DNA of 64,000 bases from an uncultured Verrucomicrobiae bacterium (GCA_963719495.1 CAVRCI010000007.1:64001-128000); one strand, 5' to 3'; shown: positions 33,335 to 42,803, counted from the first letter of the stretch. Notes: generated by a model not told the origin, from the letters alone. Program-made: numbers and translations.

Positions 33335-33363
33335 TTGACATCCCGCCGGTCCGCCCCTACCCT
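33335..33363 (+). promoter_or_regulatory. Putative sigma70 promoter for the DUF2911-PIG-L-symporter-bsh run
   Basis: TTGACA-N17-TACCCT, 19 bp before ATG 33383. Confidence 0.6.
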
Positions 33364-33382
33364 CACCGCAACCAAGACCGAT

Positions 33383-34237
33383 ATGAAAAAATCCCTCCTC
33401 ATCCTCGCCACCGCCGTCCTCGCTGTTTCCACCTCCCTGCAAGCCGAGGTCAAGACCGCTCAGCCCAGCCCCTACTCCGAACTCGATCAAGTCGTCGGCG
33501 TCACCAATTTCACCGTCCAGTATTCGCGCCCCGGCGTGAAGGACCGCACGATCTACGGCGACCTCGTCCCCTACGGCGAAATCTGGCGCACCGGCGCAAA
33601 CGCGACGACCAAGCTCAAATTCGACACCGAAGTCACCTTCGGCGACAAGGCCGTTCCCGCCGGCGAATACGTCCTGTTCACGATCCCCGGCGAGGACGAA
33701 TGGACCGTCGTCCTCTACGGCGACACCGGGATCGCCAACGCCGGCCTCTACGACGAATCCAAGGACGTCGCCCGCGTCACCGTGAAGCCCATCGCGCTCG
33801 ACCAGTCCGTCGAGACCTTCACGATTGGCTTCGACGCCCTCCGCGACGACTCCGCGACGCTCTACCTCGACTGGGCCGACGTCCGCGTCCCCGTGCCGAT
33901 CAAGCTCGACACCAAAGGCCTGTCCGCCGCCGGGATCGAAAGCGCCATGACCGATCAGGATTCTTGGACCGCCCGTGACTACGCCAACGCCGCGGAGTTT
34001 TATTCGGAGAACGACGTGGATCTCGATCAGGCCGCCACTTGGATGGAAAAGGCCGTCGCGATGAATCCCGACGCCTTTTGGTGGCAGCACGGCTACGCCC
34101 AAATCCTCGCCAAGCAGGGTAAAACCAAAGCAGCCAAAGCCGCCGCCGAGAAGTCCATCGCGACAGCCGAAGCTTCCGAGGGCGGTGACTTCGGTTACGT
34201 CCAGCGGAACGAGGACCTTCTCGCCAAGCTGAAGTAA
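33383..34237 (+). CDS. DUF2911 family secreted protein with TPR-like tail
   Basis: QPSP, YSRPGVKDRTIYGDLVPYGEIWRTGAN, GEYVLFTIP. Confidence 0.88.
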   Translation: MKKSLLILATAVLAVSTSLQAEVKTAQPSPYSELDQVVGVTNFTVQYSRPGVKDRTIYGDLVPYGEIWRTGANATTKLKFDTEVTFGDKAVPAGEYVLFTIPGEDEWTVVLYGDTGIANAGLYDESKDVARVTVKPIALDQSVETFTIGFDALRDDSATLYLDWADVRVPVPIKLDTKGLSAAGIESAMTDQDSWTARDYANAAEFYSENDVDLDQAATWMEKAVAMNPDAFWWQHGYAQILAKQGKTKAAKAAAEKSIATAEASEGGDFGYVQRNEDLLAKLK

Positions 34238-34277
34238 CCGCGCCGTCCTGCCGTCGGAACGAGTTCGTTCAAATTCC

Positions 34278-36737
34278 ATGCGTGCGTTCGCCTCGGCGAT
34301 TTTGCTGTCGATGCTCACGCCTTCCCTGGCTACCGCCCTCGAACCCTGGCCGAGCGGTCGGCTCGAGTTGGAACTCGAGAAGCTCCGCGTCCTCGGCAGC
34401 GTTCTCTACGTCGCCGCCCACCCGGACGACGAGAATACCACCCTCATCGCCTACCTCGCGAACGAGGCGAAAGTCCGCACGACCTACCTCTCCCTCACCC
34501 GCGGCGATGGCGGCCAGAATCTCGTCGGCGCCGACCTCGGCGAGAAGCTCGGTCTCATCCGGACGCAGGAACTCCTCGCCGCGCGGGAAATCGACGGCGG
34601 GCAGCAAATCTTCGGGCGCGCCATCGACTTCGGCTATTCGAAGACCTCCGCCGAATCACTGGAGATCTGGGGGAAAACCGAGGCGCTCGCCGATGTCGTC
34701 TGGGCGATTCGCTCGACCCGGCCCGACGTGATCATCACGCGCTTCTCGCTCCTCGAAGGCTTCACCCACGGCCACCACACCGCCTCCGCCCTCCTCGCCA
34801 GGGAAGCCTTCACCGCCGCCGCCGATCCCAAATCCTTCCCCGAGCAACTCGCGTTCGTCGAGCCTTGGACCGCCAAACGCCTCCTCTGGAACACCTCGTC
34901 CTGGTTTTACAAACGCCGCGAGATCGAATTCGACCCCACCGGCCTCCTCCGAGTCGACGTCGGCGGCTACAACCCACTCCTCGGCGAATCCTACCCGGAA
35001 ATCGCCGCCCGCAGCCGCAGCGCCCACCGCTCCCAAGGCTTCGGCACCACCGCCGAGCTCGGCGAGTCCTTCGAATACTTCACCCCGCTCGCGGGCGACG
35101 CCACCACCGACGCCCTCCTCGCCGGCGTCGACACGACGTGGACCCGCGTCGCCGCTTCCGCCCCGGTCGCCGCCGCGATCGATCGAGCCATCGCCGCCTA
35201 CTTGCCCGCCGATCCGTCCCGCGCCATCCCCGACCTCATCGCCGCCCACCGGGCCCTGACCGCTCTCCCCGACCAATTCTGGCGCACCGAGAAACTTCGC
35301 GACCTCGAGCGCGTCATCGCCGCCTGCCTCGGCCTCGACCTCGAAAGCCTCGCCACCACCCCCTCCGCCGTCGCGGGCACCGAAGTCTCCGTCACCCTCC
35401 GCGCCGTCCAGCGTTCGCCTTTCGACGTGAGCATCGCGTTCGATTTTGCCGATCCAGTTTTCCTCCCCTCGAACCAACTCGTCGAAACCACCCGCACCGT
35501 CAGCGTCCCGGCATCACCCGCCACGACTCAGCCCTACTGGCTCACGGAGCCTGCCGGACGCGGAAGCTTCACCGTTACCGACCAGCAACTCATCGGTCGC
35601 CCGGCAAATCCGCCCACCCTCCCGCTCACCGCGACCGTCACCGTCGACGGAACGCCATTCACCCACACCCTCGCGACCACCCACAACTTCACCGATCCCA
35701 TCCGCGGCGAGGTGAAAGAGCCGTTCATCGTCACCCCGCCCGCGATGATCAAAATCGGAGAAAATACCGAGATTTTCGGCACCGCCGAGCCCCGTCCAAT
35801 TTCGGCCCGCATCCTCGCCCGCTCCGCCATCACCGGCGGCCAGCTCCGCTTCGTCACCACCGACGGCTGGAAGATCGAGCCCGCCACCTTCGACTTCGAC
35901 GCCCAGCCCGGCGACGAGATCCCAATCACCGCCACCCTCACCCCACCGCCCTCACCGAGCCAATCCACCCTCACCGCGGAACTTGTGATCGACGGCCAGA
36001 CCACCAACCGCGGCTACGAGCGCATCGACCCCGGCCACATCCCGGCTCAAACCCTCTTCCCCATCGCCCAGGCCAAACTCGTCGCCCTCGACGTGAAACT
36101 CGCCGCCACCCGCGTCGGCACCATTCCCGGCGCGGGCGACGAGATCCCCGAAGCTCTCCGCCGCATGGGAGCCACCGTCGACACCCTCGGCGAATCTGAC
36201 CTCACCCCCGCCAACCTCGCCCGCTACGACGCCGTCGTCCTCGGCATCCGCGCCGTCAACACCAACGACCGCATCACGTTCCACCTCCCCGCCCTCTTCG
36301 ACTACGCCGCCAACGGGGGCGTCGTCATTTCCCAATACAACACCAGCCAAGGCCTCCAGACCGAGGCCTTCACCCCCGCCCCACTCACCCTCTCCCGCGA
36401 CCGCGTCACCGACGAGACCGCCCCAGTCGAAATCCTCGCACCCGACCACCCGGCAATGACGTTTCCCAACGCCATCACCGCCACCGATTTCGAAGGCTGG
36501 GTGCAGGAGCGCGGCCTCTACTTCGCGTCGAAGTGGGACCCCGCCTTCACCCCCATCCTCGCCATCGCCGACCCCGACGAACCCGCCTCTCAAGGCAGCC
36601 TCCTCATCGAGCGCCACGGCGAAGGATGGTTCGTCTACACCGGCCTCTCGTTCTTCCGCCAACTCCCCGCCGGAGTCCCCGGAGCCTACCGCCTCTTCGC
36701 CAACCTGGTCTCCCTGGGCCACTCCAACGATGAATGA
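34278..36737 (+). CDS. Large secreted PIG-L/LmbE-family deacetylase with Ig-like and GATase-like C-terminal domains
   Basis: Signal peptide, AAHPDDE, TRGDGGQN, HGHH, HRSQGFG, WVQERGLYF, FRQLPAGVPGAYRLFAN. Confidence 0.9.
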   Translation: MRAFASAILLSMLTPSLATALEPWPSGRLELELEKLRVLGSVLYVAAHPDDENTTLIAYLANEAKVRTTYLSLTRGDGGQNLVGADLGEKLGLIRTQELLAAREIDGGQQIFGRAIDFGYSKTSAESLEIWGKTEALADVVWAIRSTRPDVIITRFSLLEGFTHGHHTASALLAREAFTAAADPKSFPEQLAFVEPWTAKRLLWNTSSWFYKRREIEFDPTGLLRVDVGGYNPLLGESYPEIAARSRSAHRSQGFGTTAELGESFEYFTPLAGDATTDALLAGVDTTWTRVAASAPVAAAIDRAIAAYLPADPSRAIPDLIAAHRALTALPDQFWRTEKLRDLERVIAACLGLDLESLATTPSAVAGTEVSVTLRAVQRSPFDVSIAFDFADPVFLPSNQLVETTRTVSVPASPATTQPYWLTEPAGRGSFTVTDQQLIGRPANPPTLPLTATVTVDGTPFTHTLATTHNFTDPIRGEVKEPFIVTPPAMIKIGENTEIFGTAEPRPISARILARSAITGGQLRFVTTDGWKIEPATFDFDAQPGDEIPITATLTPPPSPSQSTLTAELVIDGQTTNRGYERIDPGHIPAQTLFPIAQAKLVALDVKLAATRVGTIPGAGDEIPEALRRMGATVDTLGESDLTPANLARYDAVVLGIRAVNTNDRITFHLPALFDYAANGGVVISQYNTSQGLQTEAFTPAPLTLSRDRVTDETAPVEILAPDHPAMTFPNAITATDFEGWVQERGLYFASKWDPAFTPILAIADPDEPASQGSLLIERHGEGWFVYTGLSFFRQLPAGVPGAYRLFANLVSLGHSNDE

Positions 36738-36831
36738 GAAAGCCAGCTGGCGCGCCATCTACGCCACCGTCCTCATCTGGCTGGCAGCCCAGATCGCCCT
36801 GATGACCTGGTTCACCAGAATCCACCAGTGA
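36730..36831 (+). CDS. 33-aa single-TM protein upstream of symporter
   Basis: Own translation MNEKASWRAIYATVLIWLAAQIALMTWFTRIHQ; overlaps PIG-L stop. Confidence 0.7.
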   Translation: MNEKASWRAIYATVLIWLAAQIALMTWFTRIHQ

Positions 36832-36881
36832 CGCCAAACCCGACCCGGCAAATCGAGCAAAGCGAGAGAGCCGCCCGCATT

Positions 36882-36947
36882 TCAAGGAGCGGCGATTTGC
36901 AATCGCCGAACCAACCCAATCCGGCCACCGCCGGACACTTTCCCCCC
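36882..36947 (+). repeat. GGAG-type REP with double hairpin, copy 1
   Basis: tcaaggagcggcgatttgcaatcgccg...ccggccaccgccggacactt; similar at 41362 and 11037. Confidence 0.8.
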
Positions 36948-36949
36948 GC

Positions 36950-38620
36950 ATGACCCCCGCCGACTGGACAGTCCTCCTGGTCACAGTAATCGGCATCGTC
37001 GCCTACGGCCTCCACACCGCCCGCCGCGACCACACCTCCAGCGACTACCTCCGCGGAGGCAACGACCTCAAATGGGGCACCATCGGCCTCTCCGTGATGG
37101 CCACCCAGGCCTCCGCCATCACCTTCCTCTCCACCCCCGGCCAGGGCTACACGCAGGGCCTCGGCTTCGTCCAAAACTACCTCGGCCTCCCCATCGCACT
37201 CATCGTCATCGCCGCCGTCTTCGTCCCGATCTACTACCGGCTCAAAGTCACCACCGCCTACGAATTCCTCGGCCAGCGCTTCGACCAGAAAACCCGCCTC
37301 CTCGGCGCCGGCCTCTTCCTCCTCCAACGCGGACTCGCCGCCGGGATCACCATCTACGCCCCCGCCATCATCGTCTCCAGCATCCTCCACTGGCCGCTCG
37401 GCCCCACCATCTTCTTCACCGGCTTCCTCGTCATCCTCTACACCGTCACCGGCGGCACCCGCACCGTCAGCCTCACCCAGCGCACCCAGATGCTCGTCAT
37501 TCTCCTCGGCATGACCATCGCCTTCGGCTACGTCGTCGCCGGCCTCCCCGCCGACGTCTCGTTCGACGACGCCCTCTACCTCGCCGGCATCAACGACCGC
37601 CTCCAGGCCATCAGCTTCTCCGTCGACCCCGGCGAACGCTACACCATCTGGACCGGCCTCATCGGCGGCACCTTTCTCGCGCTCTCGTATTTCGGCACCG
37701 ACCAATCCCAGGTCCAACGCTACCTCGCCGGCAGCTCCGCCACGTCCAGCCGCCTCGGCCTCATGTTCAACGCCGTCCTCAAGATCCCGATGCAATTCGC
37801 GATCCTGCTCCTCGGCGTCCTCCTCTTCGTCTTCTACCTCTTCCAACCCCCACCCATCTTCTTCAACGAAGCCGCCGTCGCCCAGGTCGCCGAATCCGCG
37901 CCCGCCACCCTCGCCCCGATCGAATCCCGTTTCAAAGCCGCCGCCACCGCCCGCGAAACCGCCGTCCGCACCGCCCTCGCCACCCGCACCCCCGCCACCG
38001 AAGCCGCGATCCACCGCCTCACCGCCGAAATGGACACCGAGCGAGCCGCCTTCCAATCCGCCCTCCTCACCGCCAATCCCGCCGCCGACACCGAGGACTC
38101 CGACTACGTCTTCCTCGGCTTCGTCCTCGCCTACCTCCCCTCCGGTCTCGTCGGCCTTCTCGTCGCCGTCATCTTCCTCGCCGCCATGTCCTCGACCGCG
38201 TCCGAACTCAACGCCCTCGCCTCGACCACCGTCAACGACGGCTACCGCACCCTCGTCCGCCCCGACGCCACCGACACCCACTACGTCTGGATCGCCCGCC
38301 TCCTCACCCTCGCCTGGGGAGCCATCGCCGTGAGCTTCGCCATGACCCTCACCCTCTTCGACAACCTCATCGAAGCCGTCAACATCATCGGCTCCCTCTT
38401 CTACGGCGCGATCCTCGGCCTCTTCCTTATCGCCTTCTTCATCAAACGCGTCGGCGGCACCGCCGCCTTCATCGCCGGCGTCACCGCCGAACTCACCGTC
38501 CTTGCCCTCTACTTCTCCCCCGTCGAGATCGGCTACCTCTGGTTCAACCTCATCGGCTGCGCCCTCACCATCGTCACCGCCCTCGTCCTCCAACCCCTCC
38601 TCGAGCGCCAAACCCGATGA
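36950..38620 (+). CDS. Sodium:solute symporter
   Basis: SVMATQASAITFLSTPGQGY, YEFLGQRF, GTDQSQVQRYL, AAMSS; about 13 TM. Confidence 0.93.
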   Translation: MTPADWTVLLVTVIGIVAYGLHTARRDHTSSDYLRGGNDLKWGTIGLSVMATQASAITFLSTPGQGYTQGLGFVQNYLGLPIALIVIAAVFVPIYYRLKVTTAYEFLGQRFDQKTRLLGAGLFLLQRGLAAGITIYAPAIIVSSILHWPLGPTIFFTGFLVILYTVTGGTRTVSLTQRTQMLVILLGMTIAFGYVVAGLPADVSFDDALYLAGINDRLQAISFSVDPGERYTIWTGLIGGTFLALSYFGTDQSQVQRYLAGSSATSSRLGLMFNAVLKIPMQFAILLLGVLLFVFYLFQPPPIFFNEAAVAQVAESAPATLAPIESRFKAAATARETAVRTALATRTPATEAAIHRLTAEMDTERAAFQSALLTANPAADTEDSDYVFLGFVLAYLPSGLVGLLVAVIFLAAMSSTASELNALASTTVNDGYRTLVRPDATDTHYVWIARLLTLAWGAIAVSFAMTLTLFDNLIEAVNIIGSLFYGAILGLFLIAFFIKRVGGTAAFIAGVTAELTVLALYFSPVEIGYLWFNLIGCALTIVTALVLQPLLERQTR

Positions 38621-39384
38621 CCCCCATCATCTGCTTCGGCCAACAACCCTGCGGCTTCCTGCCCCGCCGTTTCCTCTTCGCAAAAATCCAAACCGCCCGC
38701 CGTCTCCAAGCCGACCTCGGCGACGCCCGCATCGTCCTCTTCTACCACGACAGCGACCACGACCCCCGCGAAACCCAAACCATCCTCATCGAGGCAAAAA
38801 CCGGCGACGAACAACGCCTCAACTTCACCTTCGCGAACAAGACCCAGAAAAAATACTCCCCCCTCTACGCCAAACGCATCCTCCCCGACTGGCAACCCAC
38901 CACCGCCCGCCAACTCCCCAAATACCTCCGCCCCGCCCACGTCGCCGCCTTCGAGTCCATCGAAGCCACCAACCCCGCCGACTTCTGCCTCGCCATGTAT
39001 CGCGCCCTCGGCCTCCTCGACGGCATCGAACTCGCCCGCTCCAGCGACCCCGCCTTCCGCACCGCCGCCTGCGACATCGACGACTACTTCGTCGACGTCC
39101 CCCACGAAGGCGAAACCGTCCGCGCCCGCCGCAAACCCGACGACCGCCTCCGCCTCCACAAAGGTGGCCAAGCCTACGTCGACCTCCCTCCCCAATCCTG
39201 GGAACGCCACCAGATCAGCCCCGCCCGCGACACCCGCCTCCCGTGGATGCAATCCGTCATCCACTGCACGCACTACGTCGCCGGAGCCGGCGAAATGGAC
39301 TACCTCGACCAAACGCAGGCGCCCGAAATCGAATTCGTTCGCCGCGACGACATAGCCAACGCCAGCATCGCCTACCTGCCATGA
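38617..39384 (+). CDS. Short BshC-like protein, 255 aa
   Basis: Internal ATG of track ORF 37072..39384; FGQQP..K..FYHDSDHDPRE and YVAGAGEMDY; ATGA overlaps at both ends. Confidence 0.7.
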   Translation: MTPIICFGQQPCGFLPRRFLFAKIQTARRLQADLGDARIVLFYHDSDHDPRETQTILIEAKTGDEQRLNFTFANKTQKKYSPLYAKRILPDWQPTTARQLPKYLRPAHVAAFESIEATNPADFCLAMYRALGLLDGIELARSSDPAFRTAACDIDDYFVDVPHEGETVRARRKPDDRLRLHKGGQAYVDLPPQSWERHQISPARDTRLPWMQSVIHCTHYVAGAGEMDYLDQTQAPEIEFVRRDDIANASIAYLP

Positions 39385-40079
39385 AAATTCTCGCCCTCGG
39401 CGCCCACCCCGACGACCTCGAGTTCGGCCTCGGCGGAGTCCTCCTCACCGAGCGCGACGCCGGCGCCGACATCACACTCGCCATCACCTCCCGCGGCGAA
39501 TCCAGCAGCCACGGCACCCCAGCCGAACGCGAAGCCGAAGCCCGCGCCGCCGCCAAGCTCCTCGGCGCCGACCTCCACGTCCTCGACTTCGGCGGCGACG
39601 GCTACCAAACCGCCAGCCCGGCGAACGCCACCGCCATCGCCCGCCTCATTCGCGAAGTCCGACCGACCCTCGTCTTCGCCCCCACTCCCCACCCGAACCA
39701 ACACCCCGACCACGCCGCCGTCGGCCAGGCCACCCGCGACGCCTGCCGCCTCGCCCGCTACGCCGGCCTCGAACCCCTCCGCGACCTCCCACCCCACACC
39801 ATAGATTCCCTCTGGTTCTACGCCATCACCCCACCCCTCGATCCCCACCCCGCTCCCACCCTCCTCGTCGACGTCTCCTCCGTCCTCGACCGCTGGCGTC
39901 AACTCATGGCCTGCCACGAATCCCAACTCACCCACCGCAACTACCTCGACCTCCAACTCACCCAAGCCCACCACCTCGGCCTCCAAGCCAACTGCCAAGC
40001 CGCCATCCCCCTCTGGCCCAACGACCCACCGATCGTAAAGAACCTGTCCTCGTTAACGAGAGCAACTCGCGCCTTCTGA
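39381..40079 (+). CDS. bshB: PIG-L family deacetylase, BshB1-like
   Basis: Internal ATG of track ORF 38502..40079; GAHPDDLE, SRGE, HPDH, VDVS, HESQ; next to bshA. Confidence 0.82.
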   Translation: MKILALGAHPDDLEFGLGGVLLTERDAGADITLAITSRGESSSHGTPAEREAEARAAAKLLGADLHVLDFGGDGYQTASPANATAIARLIREVRPTLVFAPTPHPNQHPDHAAVGQATRDACRLARYAGLEPLRDLPPHTIDSLWFYAITPPLDPHPAPTLLVDVSSVLDRWRQLMACHESQLTHRNYLDLQLTQAHHLGLQANCQAAIPLWPNDPPIVKNLSSLTRATRAF

Positions 40080-40161
40080 CCCGGTGGAGCGGGCGCTCCG
40101 CGCACGCTGGCGACCGACTCCGTGGTCCATTGAACCGCAACTCCCAAGCAACGGCGCTTCA

Positions 40162-40217
40162 GACCTTCCGACCTTCCGACCTTCCGACCTTCCGACCTTC
40201 CGACCTTCCGACCTTTC
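40162..40217 (+). repeat. Tandem octamer (GACCTTCC)x6 plus one variant
   Basis: Read directly. Confidence 0.95.
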
Positions 40218-40229
40218 GACCCGCATCCC

Positions 40230-41432
40230 ATGACCCCGCTCCGCATCGGCATCGTCTGCTACCCCACCATCGGTGGCAGCGGCATCGTCGCCACCGAGCT
40301 CGGTCTCCTCTTCGCCGCCGCCGGCCACGAGGTCCATTTCATCAGCTACGAACGACCCATCCGACTCGGCGAGGACACCCCGAACCTCCGCTTCCACCCG
40401 GTCATCGTGAACGAGTATTCCCTCTTCAAATACCCCGATTACACCCTCCCGCTCTCCGTCCGCATCGCCGAAGTCTGCGCCACCCACCGCCTCGACATCC
40501 TCCACGTCCACTACGCCGTCCCCCACGCCACCGCCGCCCTCCTCGCCCTCTCCATGCTCGGCGACGCCCCCCGCCCCGCCCTCATCACCACCCTCCACGG
40601 CACCGACACCAACCTCCTCGGCCAAGACCCCCACTACCGCCCCATCATCCGCCACTCCATCGAGCATTCCGACGGAGTCACCACCGTCTCCGCCAGTCTC
40701 CGCCAACAAACCCTCGAAACCTTCGCCCTCGACCGCCCCATCGAAGTCATCCCCAACTTCTTCGCCCCAACCCCACCCACCCGCTCCCGGGAGGACGTCC
40801 GCCGCGAACTCGACATCGCCGACGACGAAATCCTCCTCCTCCACCTCTCCAACCTCCGCCCCGGCAAACGCGTCACCGACCTCCTCGAAGCCATCGCCCG
40901 CGCAAAAAGCCGCGCCCGCCTCCGCCTCGTCATCCTCGCCGGAGACGACTTCACACCCTACGAGCCCGAAGTCGCCCGCCGCGGCCTCACCGCCCAAGTC
41001 ACCGTCCGCGAAGGCGTCCAAGCCATCGACGACTACCTCCACGCCTGCGACGTCGGCGTCTACGCGTCCGAGCAGGAAAGCTTCGGCCTCAGCATCCTCG
41101 AGACCCTCGCCCACGGCCACCCCGTCGTCGCCACGAACGTCGGCGGCATCCCCGAAGTCGTCCGAGACGGCCACACCGGCCTCCTCGTCCCACCCCACGA
41201 TCCCACCGCCCTAGCGAACGCCATCGACAACCTCGTCGACGACCCAAGTTTCCGCGAAACCCTCGGCACCACCGCCCGCACCGACGCCGCCAACCGCTTC
41301 GACCCCGCCACCATCCGCGACCGCTACCTCGACCACTACCGGACCTTCACCAAAGCGCCCATCAAGGAGCGACGGCTTCCAGCCGTCCACCAACCCAATC
41401 CGGCGACAGCCGGACACTTCCCCTCCCCCTAA
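40230..41432 (+). CDS. bshA: N-acetyl-alpha-D-glucosaminyl L-malate synthase (GT4)
   Basis: IGIVCYPTIGGSGIVATELG, LFKYPDYTL, LHVHYAVPHA, TTLHGTD, ESFGLSILE. Confidence 0.92.
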   Translation: MTPLRIGIVCYPTIGGSGIVATELGLLFAAAGHEVHFISYERPIRLGEDTPNLRFHPVIVNEYSLFKYPDYTLPLSVRIAEVCATHRLDILHVHYAVPHATAALLALSMLGDAPRPALITTLHGTDTNLLGQDPHYRPIIRHSIEHSDGVTTVSASLRQQTLETFALDRPIEVIPNFFAPTPPTRSREDVRRELDIADDEILLLHLSNLRPGKRVTDLLEAIARAKSRARLRLVILAGDDFTPYEPEVARRGLTAQVTVREGVQAIDDYLHACDVGVYASEQESFGLSILETLAHGHPVVATNVGGIPEVVRDGHTGLLVPPHDPTALANAIDNLVDDPSFRETLGTTARTDAANRFDPATIRDRYLDHYRTFTKAPIKERRLPAVHQPNPATAGHFPSP

Positions 41433-41791
41433 CTCAACTTCGAAAACATCCCCCGGTTCCGAGCCACGAAATCATACCCCGCGTCCGCCAACCGCCCAAA
41501 CCCCGGCACCCGCGCGTAAGCCCAGTGCCCCAGCCGCCCCAGCCAATTCCCCACCCCCAGCGCCCGAAACACCGCGTCCGCCCGCTGCGTCCGCGTCCCA
41601 TCGACCTCGACGTATTGGACCGAAGCGTCGAAGTCCCCGTCCGGAATTTCCGGAAACCGTCCCCGCCCCTCGCTCGAAGGAATGTATTCCACCCCATCCC
41701 CCGTCATCACCCGCCACCGGCCCACCCACCGTTTACAGAACGAGCAATCCCCATCGTAGACCATCACTGGCCGTTCGAGCCCACCCTTCAT
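41429..41791 (-). CDS. DCC1/DUF393 thiol-disulfide oxidoreductase family
   Basis: YDGDCSFC, YDFVARNR. Confidence 0.85.
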   Translation of the reverse strand: MKGGLERPVMVYDGDCSFCKRWVGRWRVMTGDGVEYIPSSEGRGRFPEIPDGDFDASVQYVEVDGTRTQRADAVFRALGVGNWLGRLGHWAYARVPGFGRLADAGYDFVARNRGMFSKLS

Positions 41792-41926
41792 TTCCCGTCC
41801 CCTCCGCTCAAAAAACCTTCCATAACTCAAATCGTTACGCCCGCCGAACGCCCCACGCCACCCAGCATTTCCACCAATCACCAGCCACTCATTACCAATC
41901 ACCGAGGCGAAGCCTCCCACCCCCCG

Positions 41927-42556
41927 CTACTCCAGCGCCACCAACCCCCGCCGCACCGCGTAGCGCGTGAGCGCCGTCACCTCCCGGCACCCCAGCTTCT
42001 GCATCACCTTCGAGCGATAGTGCTCCACCGTCTTCGGCGAGAGTTCCAACCGTGAAGCGACCTCCTTACTGCTGCTCCCCTCGGCCACAAGCTGCAGCAC
42101 CACCCGCTCCCGCTCCGTCAGATCATCCCAACCGCACGTCGACTGACCCCGGCGCGCATCGAGCAACCGAGTCGCAAACGGGCAAAAATACGTCCCTCCC
42201 TGCGCCACCACGTCCAGCGCCGCCCGCAGCGTCGCAAACGAATTCCCCCGGTGAACGAACCCCTGCGGCCCCATCCGCAAAGCCTCCACGGCGAGATCCT
42301 CGTTCCGTGAACCCGAAAAAATCACCACCCGCGGCCCCCGATCCAACCCCCGCAAATAACGCAGCACCCCCAACCCACTCGCCTCGGGCAATACGAGATC
42401 GAGAATGACGACAGTCGGCATAATCGTTTGCAGCAACTTCATCGCCTCCACCCCGGTGCCCGCCTCGGCGACCACGCGATACCTTTCACCCAGGGCCGGT
42501 CCCATCATCTGACGAACGGCGGGGTGTCCGTCTACGACCACGAGCGACGCGGTCAT
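41927..42556 (-). CDS. NarL/LuxR-family response regulator
   Basis: Receiver domain plus LTERERVVLQLVAEG...SPKTVEHYR. Confidence 0.92.
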   Translation of the reverse strand: MTASLVVVDGHPAVRQMMGPALGERYRVVAEAGTGVEAMKLLQTIMPTVVILDLVLPEASGLGVLRYLRGLDRGPRVVIFSGSRNEDLAVEALRMGPQGFVHRGNSFATLRAALDVVAQGGTYFCPFATRLLDARRGQSTCGWDDLTERERVVLQLVAEGSSSKEVASRLELSPKTVEHYRSKVMQKLGCREVTALTRYAVRRGLVALE

Positions 42557-42803
42557 CGATCCCGCGTCCTTGCTTGATTCAGTTTGTGAGTAAATACCGC
42601 CATCCGTGTCGCCGCCTCGACCGACCAGAACACAGCTATCCAGACAGTTGCACCCCTGACAAGCTAAAGAAAACCTTCGAGTTGCCCGGCTTCGCATTTG
42701 AATCCGACCCTTCAATCTCCCGGATGATATTCAGGGACTTTCCCCCGCGATCTCGGCATTCTCCCCGTATCCGAGACTCGGACGCCCGACGAGCATTCAA
42801 GCG

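Noticed and set aside
37072..38616. N-terminal part of the 770-aa track ORF (also 38502-39380, 47712-48479, 63016-63828)
   Set aside because: Arg/Pro-rich off-frame read-through overlapping real genes; true starts are internal ATGs
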